Assembly: GCA_048128005.1 (NCBI GenBank)
Contig: JBEUKZ010000054.1
Span: forward strand, 124,001-188,000
Length of the DNA stretch: 64,000 bases
Direction of reading: 5' to 3'
Source of the DNA: Veleropilina oligotropha
Taxonomy: Eukaryota
Under the pieces are notes generated by a model. That model saw nothing but the letters and a program-made list of their open reading frames with translations. It did no database searches and had not been told where the DNA came from. Position numbers and translations under genes: made by a program. Positions 28,131-40,627 of this stretch are shown in pieces. Position 1 is the first letter of the stretch. Every line of letters begins with the position of its first letter.

Positions 28131-28531
28131 TTAGTCACCAGCCCCGATTTTTTTCAGCAGCTCCGCGCGTCCCTCTTTATGACCACGCTCAAGAAGCTTG
28201 CTTTGGGTCTGTGAAACCGCGGTGTGCGCCTTTGTACTCTTGAGACGCAGGGTGGCTTTCAATGTCCGATATTTTTCCATCTGCCCCGTGACTAGTTGGA
28301 ATTCGTCGTCAGACATCTCCCCATCCGATAAAGCCTTAGACACGTGGTCATTTATGGTATTCAGCTTGCTTTCGGCCAGTACTCGAATCTCGTCGTGCTT
28401 CTTAGCCTTCACTTGGAGGCGGCGGCTAATGTATTTCCCACCCATACTTGCGAGCCCACACCCTAACGCCGCTAATTCCAGCACTAGGACAACAGGGGCC
28501 GCAACGATCGTGGACAACAGTCCGATGCCGG
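28131..28531 (-). pseudogene. 3' half of a two-TM (SLATT-like) viral membrane protein gene split by the Ginger-like element
   Basis: GIGLLSTIVAAPVVLVLELAALGCGLAS...KAKKHDEIRVLAESKLNTI...ALSDGEMSDDEF; joins in frame with 36674-36909. Confidence 0.85.
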
Positions 28532-29404
28532 TGTAAGATTGAAAAGGCACCCCCGTTGAAAAGTGACCCTACGGTCACTTTTCAACGTTGAAAACATACC
28601 CGCCCCGTTGAAATATGACCCGGGTGTCTTTTCAACGGCTGCTGCATAAACTGATTGCACGACTATGAACAGAAGTTTTCGTGTCGCGTTATAGCCTCAG
28701 TTTTCCTGTATACGCACAATGGTGCACTAAATATTGCTAGAGGTACAGCGCAATTATTAGTTGCATGGAGTCGTGTTTATATAGACCTATTGCTATCACA
28801 TTAGTTGTATATTGGAAAACAATGATGAGTAGCCAATTGGTTTAGAGTGGGATTTCAAATCTACACAATTTGACTAGAATGTAGGCTTAGGCCCCACGGA
28901 AAGAGGGTGTAGTGATACCCCCCAATATTTTACTGGTATCTTTTTTGTAAAGTATTATCTTTAATATGGATTTTCCTTGTGAGATGTCTTGATCGCAAAA
29001 GTAATTTAGCAGACGTTTGGCATCCTGAAATATGCACACAAAGTCCTATTACATCAATTCAATAATGCGAGTCTAATGTGGCAGACTATGTGATTCTTAA
29101 TGCGATATCGGGGGTCGCTTGGGCGATTGTCGCATCATGAAGCGGACACACTTTGCGATTTATCTGAGCGATTCAGCTGAACTAGCCGATCCTTTGGTCT
29201 GCCGCCATTTTGGCTGACATTTTATTAGTATGCAACTATATATAAGCAAATATTATTGGTTGTTGTCATAGCGTCGATGCGGCGATCGCAATCGCAGTTA
29301 TGAACACAGCTGGTTCTCTGAAAGAGGGAGGTGTAAGAAATTCGTCAGCTTGTTAATGGCAAAGACGCACAGACGCAGACAAAATTTGTTACATGCATGT
29401 CACA

Positions 29405-29960
29405 TTGTGAGTGTGCACCGTCCCCGGACGAACCAGTAGCACCGCGAAATATATGAATAAGAAAATGGGGTGTTGGATAGAAATGAGTTTATTCGTATTT
29501 CTGACAATTCGTGGTAGGCATACTGGTGGTTCGTCTGGGGGGCTGTGGTTTGCGTAGTAGGGGCGGGTGGGGGTGTCTAGCTAATATCATATATTATAGT
29601 CAAAATTGCGACATTAGTGAATAGGCCTATATTATGAACGTGCCGTGCACGTGGGGATGGTGAATGCCCCCCCCCCACACACACACACACACAGACACAC
29701 ACACACAGCCACGCGCAGTAAACGAATCAGAAAATGGGGCATTGGATAGAAGTGAGTTTATTCGTATTTCTGACAATTCGTGGTAGGCCTACTGATTGTT
29801 CGTCTGGGGGCTGTGGTTTGCGTAGTAGGGGGGGGGGGCTAATAATGAGTATATCATATTATAGTCAACATTAATGAATAGGCCTATATTATATGTACGT
29901 GCCACGTGGGGATGCCCCCCCCCTCACACACACACACACACACGCACACGCACAGTAAAC
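29405..29960. repeat. Tandem duplication of ~270-290 bp, each copy ending in (CA)n
   Basis: GAGTTTATTCGTATTTCTGACAATTCGTGGTAGGC at ~29485 and ~29754. Confidence 0.8.
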
Positions 29961-30144
29961 TTTTAAAGATGCAGGATCTACTTCAGATCGCTAAAACGTA
30001 TGTAAATGCTGTTCTATCTTACACTCTCTGCATTGATTTATGGCATATAGTTAGGACGTTTTAGAGATTACCACACACGGCAAAAAACATTTTCACTTAG
30101 TAATAAATAATTGATTTTTTTATTTAATTATTAGCGCGCGCTCA

Positions 30145-31095
30145 TAATTATTATTATTATTATTATTATTTAATACATTTATAATGCGCCTATTCTAGTG
30201 TAGCTCTAAGCGCAGTACAAACTATAACTAATATTACAGTACAATGTACACAAGAATATACAGGAGAGACATCAATGATACATACTATGAATGCAATAAG
30301 CAATAATAATAAACAGAATATTTTTTTGTTGAGTATTTTCAATTTTATTATTATTTTCTTTTTTTTACAAGCGCAATCAGACAAAGAGGTGAAGCCACAC
30401 CTGCGTACTTCAACCAACTTTGAATGATACATATGATGAATGCTATAAGCAATAACAATGAACAGATGTGAAGCAGTCATTACTGTCCTCCTATTACGAT
30501 GTCAGCTGAATTGTTAGTGAGATTTGATCAGGTTGGCATATACATCAGCAAATAGGTGTGTTTTCAACGTCTTCCGAAAACTTGTCTGAGATGTGCTTTC
30601 CTTTACTTTAGATGGGAGTTTGTTCCAGAGTTTTGGGGCATTGTTGATAAATGCTCTATCGCCATATTTATTCATTGTTCTATTCTCTGTCAACTGTTGT
30701 AATTGCTGCGACCTAAGTGCTCTAATAGGTCGATATTGAGCCAGAAGTTCAATAATATATCCAGGCGCTTTTCCTTGAAGAGAATTGTAAACGAATGTAA
30801 GAATTTTGAAGATAATCCGTTTCTCAACAGGGAGCCAGTGTAGGCTATATAGCAGCGGGGTTGCATGGTCCCTTGGCTGGGCAAGTAAAATCAGCCTGGC
30901 TGCGGCATTCTGAACATGCTGCAATCTGTTAATGAGGCTTGCGTTTATTCCGAAAAGTAAACTGTTGGAATAATCAAGGCGAGATATGACATATGCATGC
31001 ACAAGAAGCTTCGTTGCATCTGGTGTTAAAAAACGACGGATGCGTCTGATGTTTCTTAGAAAGAATAATGAGCATTTAACCGATTGTACACAAGA
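30145..31095 (-). mobile_element. L2-clade LINE 3' fragment inside the Ginger-like element
   Basis: LRNIRRIRRFLT, LVHAYVISRLDYSNSLL, QNAAARL, LHWLPV, YGDRAF...LWNKLP, LKTHLF; (TAA)n tail at 30145-30170. Confidence 0.88.
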
Positions 31096-32323
31096 TTTAT
31101 ACGGAAATGAACGACGGCTTGGCGGAATCAACACGTCACTTAGCTCCGCCCTAAATTACTCCGCGATCTATATATACCGAGTTTTGTTTATATCGGTCGA
31201 CAAGAGAAAGACAGACAGGCCGCCGCTATCGACTGTGACTGCAGCTGCCAAGAAACGACAGAAAATAGAAAAAGATCGGACTCGATGAAAATCGATGGTG
31301 TATATAAACTTGAAATAATAAATAACGCGATCAATGAAAATTGGATGCGGCTGCTTCAACTTGTAAACAAACAGTGAAGCATTTGAAACAGTGTCGCGAT
31401 GCGCAATAGGCCTAATTAGTTGGTGAAATAAATATGGTTATTATGTTAGTATTGCTGCCATATACTACAATTATGAGAAACTAGCTATATGTTTCAAAGA
31501 AATACATCAATTTCAGCGTGTGGTATAGAGGGATTATTTAACCAAGAACCATGTCATGGTGATCTATGAACATTTCTGTTAATTGACATGCTGAAATATT
31601 GTTGACTTAATGTCCAAATTTAATTAGCTGAGAAATTGTTGACTTAAAGCCCAAACCAACGCGAGACAAATATGCTTTTATGGCTGTGACTGTACCTAAC
31701 AAACATCCAATGGATGACTAGTGATAAAAACATTGTTAGAGGAACTTTCCACCATTTGTCAATATTTTAAAACTTCATATATAACACAATGTTATCACTA
31801 CTTGTCATTTGTTTGCCCTAGCATTAGATAAATGGAAAATATAATTTTTTTACATTATTCTGTTGTTTTTCATCTTACAATAGAGGGAAGTTGGCTATTA
31901 TCTCCAGACCTTATTTCAAATATCATAGGACATATGAATATGCCTAATTACCATGATCAGTTGTTTAGCCTTAAATATATGGTCTATGAATTGGAGTTTT
32001 CCAGTATCAGTTAAATAATTTGTTAAACAGATCAAGTAATCTGCAATGGAATTCTATTGAATTAAATAGGAGCGACGGGCTCCTGTGTTTCGTCATGTTC
32101 CGACAAATATGCATACAAGATAAATCAATTTATGTGAAAGACAAAACAGTTACAACATGAAGGAAACCGTCAAAATTAATATTATTATGTCATGTCACTG
32201 GCTTTGTGAGGATCGAGAGCTGGCCTGCGAATTCCGTGTGAGCTGCAAGCGGGCCTATAAGCCCAACAACCAGCCATCATGACATATTCATTTTGTGACA
32301 ATTAATATATTTATTCATATTCT

Positions 32324-32740
32324 TATTACCTCCGCCAAGGATGTTATGTTTTCACTTTGTTTGTTGTGAATTTGTTGTCGGCAGGATTACTGAAACTTCC
32401 TGGAAGTTTTGGACATAGCCCAAGGTTATCCCATAACATTTTGGTGGTGATCCGGATTTGGTGGGCCGGGCTATACGATCTAATGATCGAGTGCTATTTG
32501 TTTGTCTGTCAGCAGGATTACTCAAAATGTCATGAACCGATTTTCCTGAAATTAGCTGGAAGTGTTGGACATAGCCCAAGGTTATCCCATAACATATTGG
32601 TGGTGATCCGGATTTGGTGGGCCGCGCTATACGATCTAATGATCGAGTGCTATTTGTTTGTCTGTCAGCAGGATTACTCAAAATGTCATGAACCGATTTT
32701 CGTGAAAATAGCTGGAAGTGTTGGACATGGTCCAAGTAAT
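32324..32740 (+). mobile_element. Helentron-associated non-autonomous element fragment with ~156-bp internal repeats
   Basis: TTATTACCTCCGCCAAGG start and a duplicated unit GCAGGATTACTCAAAATGTCATGAACCGATTTT. Confidence 0.45.
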
Positions 32741-34074
32741 ACTCATCTTTGGCCCGCCTTCTAGGCATGGCTATAACCGTGGACTGGCGTCCGTCCGTCG
32801 TCTGATTGCTTTCTATCACATAGAAGACGAACCGCTGAACTTACTCCTTTCATATTTAGTATACACCTTGTATACCATCAGGCCTTGCCTAAGTTCAAAG
32901 ATGGGATCGCTGGGTCAAAGTCGATGTCATTTTCGTGTATTTCTGTTCTGGCACTTAGAAGATAGATTTCTGTCACTTATAAGATGAACCGCTTAACCTG
33001 CAGCTTTCATATTGGGTATACACCGTGTATACCACCATGCCTCTGGGTCAAAGGTTAAGGTTATTTTCGTGTATTACTGAAAACGTTAATATGAACCGAG
33101 GAAAATCGAATACCGGTATATCGTCTTGACATGCATTTTTTTACATCAAATGTGGATCGAACCTCCCCCAAACGGAAACAGAAATTAAGAAAATATGTCA
33201 TGCATATTTGAACTACAATGAATTGTTAGTTAGCAAAACAAGGTGACTTGTCATATGGGGATACAAGCTTATACTATGTAGACCTACATAGGTAGACTCA
33301 TGTATGCAGTCATGGGCTTACATAGTTGCTCCAAATTCATTCAGTGACTGCGCTGTTCCGAAGATTGTGGGTTCGCTTCCCGTCCAAGTCAAAATTTGGA
33401 ATAACAGCAACACAGTGCACCATACACGGCAGATGGGTTTTCTCGGATATTCCCTGAATATTCGTGATTTCCTCCAACATTAACATGGGGGTGTCCCAAT
33501 GTGACATATTCAATACATAGGGCCTAGATTTAATAATAAACATATGATAATACAAGTCCAGCTTTCTGATTGACTGAATGGGGAACTCTTTTGAATATCG
33601 AACAATTCGGTCATATAATTATCGCAGGCTGGTGGTTCTACAGCAAGCAGACGGTCGGACATCTGACAATTATGTTCCAAGCCAATTCCACCGACAACAA
33701 TTCGCCACAAAACACAGAACGAATCTGCAATATATATATGGCACCGTATAAGCAGGCGGTTGGCCGATGTCCGGCGAATAATGGATATTATAATACTTAT
33801 ACATGACCTATTGGTCAAAATTCTGACTGTGGGCCTATACCCGTAATCATTCTAAGTCCATACATGTGTGTAATTCCCATGTAGCTCATGTCAGCTGCGC
33901 CAAAATAGGCCCCGAAGCATCCTTGGTTAAAGTTGATTCCAAACAATGTCAAAGTGTACTATCGGCGAAGCGACCTGCGGACACACAAACTAGCAGACAT
34001 ACATACATATATACAGACACAAAGAGCGGTATATATATAATAAATATATTTATGTATGCATGTATTTAATAGAC

Positions 34075-34941
34075 AACAAGGCAATCAGAGATTACAAACC
34101 CTCGCCTGTAGGGCCACATCAATATAGTAATGGAGCAATCAGAAGATATGCGAACATGTGTTTTCCTGATCTTTCGACACCTGTGTCATTGACCCTTGTA
34201 TACATCTAAACCGCCATTAGAAGACCTATCGAATGACATCATTTGCATATATTTACTTCATTTAGATCATAAGTTATATGCATAAATGCATTTTGATGAC
34301 CTTGACCTTTGACCTATATTGATCACAATATGTAATACATCTAAGGCGCCATGAGAAGACCTTTAGAATGACACCATTTGCATACATTTACTGCATGTAG
34401 ATCAGAAGATATTTGTGAAAATGTTATTTCGTGACCTTTCGATGCCTGTGACCTTGACATATTATATTAATCACAATGTAATATACATATAATGCGCCAT
34501 TAGAAGACCCTTCGAATGCCGCCATTTGCATGTATTTGTTGCATGTAGATCAGAAGATATTTGCGAAAATGTTATTTTGTGACCTTTCGACACCTGTGAC
34601 CTTGACCTATATTCATCACAATGTTAGATATATCTTTCGAAAAGCGACATTTGCATCTATTTACTACGATGTTAGATACACTAAAGCGCCATTAGATGAC
34701 CTTTCGAATGACACCATATGCGTCTATTTTCTGCACATAGATCAGAAGTTATATGCGATAATGCATTTCTTGACCTTAGTGACCTTGACCTTTAATGTAC
34801 AGTCACCAAATTCGAGGAGGACCGAGCTACAGGAGCACAGAACCTTGTGTAAAATTTTCAACTGAATTGGAGCTGTAGATTTTTAGTTATGCTCACGGAC
34901 AGACAGACGCCCCCCCCCCCCCCCAAGGGGGCGAGTGTAAT
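34075..34941 (-). mobile_element. Helentron-associated non-autonomous element with TGACCTTGACC tandem repeats
   Basis: Subterminal inverted pair ATTACAAACCCTCGCC / GGCGAGTGTAAT, a (GACA)n microsatellite and internal degenerate repeats. Confidence 0.5.
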
Positions 34942-36673
34942 TATATGAGAGGCAACATGGTTTTGTTTTGACCAACATATATTGAACGCACTGGCAACGG
35001 CCTCAGCGAACATCCATATACCACATAAGAATATATGAATATTTTATATCAATTAAAATGTCATATCCCCGACGGGAGTCGAACCAGTGATCTCCGAATG
35101 CTTTGACCACTAAGTTACGAGGACCCGACGAGAAATATGACATTGGTATTGATATACGTCACCGTCCTAGGAGCTGGCTCTGGCCTGTATGTATTTAATA
35201 GACAATTATATGAGAGGCAACATGGTTTTGTTTGGACCAACATATATTGGACGCACTGGCAACGCACGCCCGTAGTACTTACATACAGGCATGCATGCAT
35301 ACATAGCCTACACACGTAAGTACGTACGTATTTACATACATGCACGCATGAATGCATACATGTATAGGCCTACATATGACTGCTCAGCAACACGATCGCC
35401 GCAGCTGTGTCGAAGTATTGAAGTGGATGGCGTATTTTTGTATGGACCGTTTAACATACAAAAAAGATGTCATATGTAGGATTTTTGCGTATATAATATT
35501 ATATGGCGAAACCCACTCGCCGTTTTGAGGCTACCGTAACTGTTGCTACAACGTTGTATTCGTCGGAATTTGAGCCCGTCGTCATCATAAGAGCACAGTC
35601 AGTGCTGGAACATGGAGCAGCGCTTAAACCCAGTCGGTCTGTGTCGAAGGACAACGAGATGCTCTAGTGACAACATATCGCATGTCACATTAAAGCCGAG
35701 TTTCCACTCGTCCGAATGCGAATATTTTCGGTCCTTATATTTTATCATTCGTTAGTCGTTAGTCGTTTTTCACATTCGGGCGAGAGGAAACACGGCTTTA
35801 GACTTGATTCAATAGCCGGGCTCTGGTGTATCTTTGTGTATGTCGGCGGCCTAGATATAAGTTTCATTGTCTAAATGATACAACAAATACTGAATATATG
35901 GAGTCAATATATGCAACCCAAACCGCATAGAATTGTTGCATTATGTTTTCAAACAACATAAAAGAAGATTAATTGCATGAGGGGGGTGGGGGTATAGGGC
36001 AAGTTACACGCACGCATATCTCTAAATTAAAAAAACCCAAATATGCATTCAGCACTATCGACTTTATTCCTGTTCTTGGTTTCAAGACCCGTCTATGCCC
36101 ACATAGTGGTGACAGTGTCAGCCAGCAGGATCACAGCAAGACTATAATAGTCCGACAATATATATATATTATAATATTTCAGTCCATATAAAGAGAGCAT
36201 GTTCAGGCATTTTCGAAATAGAAATATAATGCCTCCAGCCCAAATCATTAAATAAGAAATGTACTGCATTCAATTATTTAATCTGTACCTTTGCATAATA
36301 TGACTATAGGGTGTATATTCGACGGGGTACCTTTTCAACCCGTAGGTGGGCCATTGAAAAATTCCCCCTCCACCATGTGTAAAAACTTAGCGGGGTCATT
36401 ATTCAACGTTGAAAAGGTACCCGGGGTCACTATTCAACAGTTGAAAAGTGACCATAGGACGTATATTCAACGGGGGTGCCTTTGCAATCCGTGGGTGAGC
36501 CATTGAAAAATGACCCCCCATCCGTTGAAAACATACCCGGGGTCATTATTCAACGTTGAAAAGGTACCCAGGGTCATTATTCAACGGTTGAAAAGGCACC
36601 CAGAGTCATTATTCAACGTTGAAAAGTGACCGTACGGGTCACTTTTCAACGGGGGTGCCTTTTCAATCTTACA

Positions 36674-36909
36674 CCGGCGCTACCCATACCAAGAGTGGCC
36701 ACGACCAGGGCCGAGTCGATCCCGTCAACGACATTAACGCCTCGTCGGTATTTCTTATATAGGGCAGCTCGGGCATCCCGTTCTCGTTCTAGCTGTCCCT
36801 GAAGCTCATTCACTTTCTGTAGTCGGAAAGACTGTGCCTCCGGCAGTTCCGAAGGCACCTCGCCACCAAGTTGTGGGTACAGCGTTGGCGCTGATGGCTT
36901 GCTGTCCAT
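36674..36909 (-). pseudogene. 5' half of the split membrane protein gene; PSAP and LYPQL motifs at the N-terminus
   Basis: MDSKPSAPTLYPQL...FRLQKVNELQGQLERERDARAALYKKYRRGVNVVDGIDSALVVATLGMGSAG; the ATG overlaps the upstream stop (TAATG). Confidence 0.85.
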
Positions 36910-37280
36910 TACACGTGGCTGTACTGTTCCGCCTGTTGATTCCACATGTCTACCGTTACGTTCAAATACATGGTGCCCACCCAGGGGGCCTTGATGGCAA
37001 AGGCGAGGGTCAACTTGTCCGAATCCAGGCCAAACCTATTTATGGAACATGCCTTGGGCGCCCCCCCGGCCGGCTGGATCGGCGTCATGTGGATCATTAG
37101 AAGGGATGGGTTCAACCCAAACCGACCTCCAGTGTTTGGAATCGTGAACTCCCTCCTCGCCAGCCCCTTCTTGGGCGCTTCCCCACAATTAAGAACGAAG
37201 TGCCACCGGGTCGGGGAAGGCTCATCTGCAAGCAGGAGGAGGGGGAGTGGGGGAGGGGCCCCATAGATGCTGGCGCTCAT
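36909..37280 (-). CDS. Hypothetical viral protein, 123 aa
   Basis: Fits exactly between the penton stop (ATGA overlap) and the next start (TAATG overlap). Confidence 0.6.
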   Translation of the reverse strand: MSASIYGAPPPLPLLLLADEPSPTRWHFVLNCGEAPKKGLARREFTIPNTGGRFGLNPSLLMIHMTPIQPAGGAPKACSINRFGLDSDKLTLAFAIKAPWVGTMYLNVTVDMWNQQAEQYSHV

Positions 37281-38013
37281 AGTATCTCGAGGACTGCGAA
37301 AATAGGCATACCGTGATTGTCGAGCGGGTTACCATCTGGGTCTGTGACCCACATCTTCAATTCTGTGAGTGCCCCGGCCTGCAGTCGCCGGAAGTCTGGA
37401 TACCTATGATAGTGGGCAGCCTCGCCGAATATCTGCGACGTTATGGGGCCACCGCGAGAATATTGCTCGGGGCGCCGTCCTTCACATTGTGTGTTGTACT
37501 GAGCTGCTCCAGATGGACGTGTAGGGTCGCCGCTATCGCAAACCCTACCGGCTTGTTCCCGTCATACGTCCCGGGACGTAGCCACTCGGATCTCTCCGGA
37601 GGGGGAGGTCGGCCCCGTACTCCTCGAATGGGTGGGTGCGGATTCCCCGATTTATCGAGAATAAACGAAGAAAGGTTTAAGCCGAGGAGCTTCCGTATAT
37701 CGTTGCTTATCGCGAGGCGAGTCCCCTCTGGGACAACGAGTTGCGCGAGTCCCCTAGCATGGCTTACATCTAGCTGTATGTTAGCTAGCGACCTCTTCAT
37801 TGTCTTGGCGAGGGAATCGAAGCTGTAGAACCCCGGTGCCACCTCGACCGTGGTATTGGGGGTTTGGAAGAAGGCTCCTGCGTGTACGTTATGCCAGCCG
37901 ACCCAGTAGTCGAGCGAGCGCAGGCCGACGCATAGCTTGCCATCCCGGTTATCTATCGGTTGCAGGAGGGCAACCGCGGTCCCCTCTTGAACACTCGTTA
38001 ATGTGTGGAACAT
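37277..38013 (-). pseudogene. Minor capsid protein (penton, single jelly-roll), one frameshift near 37445
   Basis: PGFYS, KLLGL, LHVHLEQLST.HNVKDGAPSNILAV; continues in a shifted frame as FGEAAHY...YPDFRRLQAGALTELKMWVTDPDGNPLDNHGMPIFAVLEIL*, which resembles a penton C-terminus. Confidence 0.72.
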
Positions 38014-38017
38014 AGCT

Positions 38018-39298
38018 ATGGCTAAGAGCGCCTTTGCTTTTAATAGGAGTGCGGCCTATTCGACCGGTGTGGTGTACCCAGCCCGGATAAAGGATGAGCA
38101 GCTTACAAAACCACGCGTCATTGTCTCCTCGTCTGAATCTCCCCATCCTGCATTCAGGGCAGACTACCCCGACGTCTTTCAAAAATACCGCCTCCCAAAT
38201 GTCGCGAGTGACCGGATAATACGAGATTGGAACAGCACGCCGATGCGGTTTTGGCAGAACCAGGTCAACTTCGCAGTGTGGTGTGCCACAATCGGTTCCG
38301 GGGTATCCGCAGAAGACCACTTGAATGCGACCGACCCCCTCTCCAGAGCCGTATTCACCTTCCACGTCTACTATCAGGTCAGAAGGGTACTGACCGAAAT
38401 TCAGGCGCCGCTGCCACAAGACAGGACGTGGGATGCATTCGACACCCCGTATGACCGAAGCGCATATGAAAAGATCTGCAGCGAATTCGGAGTGTCCCCA
38501 CATACCGACTGGCGTGTCAAGGGTCCCAACGGCGGACTAGGCACCGCTTTCAGCTACTGGACGAACAACGGCTACCACCCCATCGGACGTGAGTATGATC
38601 CAAGCCGAATGTCATTCACAAAAGGTACGACCAACTCGAATCTGCATGTGGACTACATCGCGCAAGCGCCTGCGCTTTCAAACGGATGGGCTTCGTTTAT
38701 TCTGGACACCTCGGCGGGGTTTATGAGGGCCGGCGTGGAAAAGCTCAATGATTCCATCAGGACCTACGTCTGGGCTATTCTTGGAGCGCAGGATCAGACA
38801 CGTGCAAGTATTCTGGGTAGTGGGACGGCATTTGACGCGCAGAAACAGTTCCTGGCAAATGTGGAAGATGCCATCTCATCGCCAGTGGACCTCCCAGCAG
38901 CAATCAAACGGTACCAGGCTGTGTTGCAGTATGCCAGGTCCAAGGTGGACTTCGTCTTCGGACATGGCCTGTACATGGCGCCAAGTGACATGCTCCTGCG
39001 AATAGGGCAGGTGGCAGGGTATAACAACGAAATCGTAGTTGCCACAGAAGACCAGACACTAGGTCTTAATATGACTGTCAACGCGGCCAGTGTTCCACCC
39101 GACGCCGGAGGGGAGACTGGCGAAACAGGACTGGTAATTCCACAAGACTAGGTCGCACGGGCAGATGCTCCGAAGCATCCAAATGCTTCGCCGGCTGTGG
39201 CCGCCGGGGGGAGGGCAGCTGTGGCACATGACGAGGAGAAGACCGCACTTATCGTGGGCGGCATTGTCGTTGGCCTAGCGTTCATTTGGCTTACGTGA
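38018..39298 (+). pseudogene. Uncharacterised viral protein with a C-terminal membrane anchor; in-frame TAG at 39149-39151
   Basis: The frame continues past the TAG to HDEEKTALIVGGIVVGLAFIWLT*. Confidence 0.72.
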
Positions 39299-40580
39299 CC
39301 CACTGTCTAGCGGCAATAAGAAGCAAGCCCCCATAGATATAATCACAGCCCATAGATTCTCGGCCAGCCACGAAGCTGTCTTGCCGACCAGGTTGATGAG
39401 CCAGGAAAGTAGGCTGCCAATCATGCCTGGAAGTGCGGCTGCCACCTTCCCTGCTAGTTTGCCCAGAATCCGACACAGGGTCCGCAGCTGCTTTTTGACC
39501 CACTCCTTGACCCCCCCTGACCACTGGGAGGTGGTGGTGTTGGTGCGATGCTCGGCGCTCCGCCTGTAAGGGCTAGTACCAAAGTCGAGATGGCCATGCC
39601 AATTGCGGTCAGTATAGTCACGATCGTCACCCCCTGTTCGCGGAATAGGGTCCGGCCGCGCTCGGCCAGCGTTGTGTCTGAGTGGAGAATCCGACATCAT
39701 CTCTCGAATCCGGCTGATTTGAGAGCGAAGGGCTTCCCGGCTTGATGAGGCTGCCTCTAGGCGAGCTTCTCGTTCATCCTGTAAGTTGCGAAGACGTTCC
39801 GCGATTCGTCGACGGACGAACTCCTCGACACCTCCTTCATCTGCCTGAGCGAGCTTCCTCTTCTCCAGCTCTATATGTTCGTCCAGCGCCGTTAGCTTGG
39901 CCAGGTTGTTGGTGAGTTCGCCTCGAATGGTCTGCATCGCCTTGTCCAGCCCGCGAAGCTCACGAAGATTTAAGGGGGGGTCCCCCATCGTGCTCAAGAT
40001 CTCATCGACCTCGGCGTCTGTGAACTTCGTCTCCATTGTGTGGATTGCAGATGCCGCATCTGTAGCGGTCTGCCCCAAGTCCCGCAGTTCCACGTTGTCT
40101 ACGTTGGCCGCCGCACCGCTCAACTCATTGTCGGCGGTCTGCAGAGCTGCAACGGCTTTGGAGGACGGCTTTTTTTTCTCCCCCCGCTTCCAGTGTACAA
40201 AACCCAACCCCTCCCTGATCGCTTTACCCCCACCTTTCCGGCTAGCTATGGTTGACAGCGCCTTTGGTCTACCGTCTATAGTGAGATCGATGTCGGGGTA
40301 GTCCGTCATCACCAATTTTCCCCACGTACTTGAACTGGGAATAATCTCGCCCCGTGGCGGGGGTTTGCCCCTCCCGTGCCAGGGCGTCGTAGTAGTCATC
40401 AACCGCGTCCTTCACGAACTTTTGCCGCTGACTGCTGGTTCCTTCCTGTGGCGCCGGCATAAACCGGTCGGTGGATCTATCCACATCAGTATCGTCGATG
40501 ATGGTATCATCGTTGTCGATGAGATCATCGTTGTCGATGAGATCATCAGGCTCGAATGCGGGGTTCGGGAATTCCGCCAT
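39291..40580 (-). pseudogene. Acidic N-terminus, long coiled coil and C-terminal hydrophobic/amphipathic segments; frameshifted virion-type protein
   Basis: MAEFPNPAFEPDD..., then LRELRGLDKAMQTIRGEL...EREARLEAA, then in shifted frames LFREQGVTIVTILTAIGMAISTLVLAL and ALPGMIGSLLSWLINLVGKTASWLAENLWAVII. Confidence 0.7.
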
Positions 40581-40627
40581 TTGAATACAATACAACGGTG
40601 GGATACGCATCTAATTCAGCCAACACC

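Larger units (their letters stand above)
28532..36673. mobile_element. Ginger1-like non-autonomous DNA transposon (8,142 bp) with nested repeats
   Basis: TIR TGTAAGATTGAAAAGGCACCCCCGTTGAAAAGTGACC and its reverse complement; CCGG TSD (28528-28531, 36674-36677); subterminal TTCAACGTTGAA repeats. No transposase ORF seen. Confidence 0.85.

Noticed and set aside
35065..35120. tRNA-like sequence on the minus strand (A-box and GGTTCGACTCC B-box)
   Set aside because: Too short, with no anticodon arm; more likely a SINE head remnant than a tRNA gene.
35690..35800. Tiny PIF/Tourist-like MITE
   Set aside because: An inverted repeat is present, but the flanks (TAA vs TTA) do not form an exact TSD.
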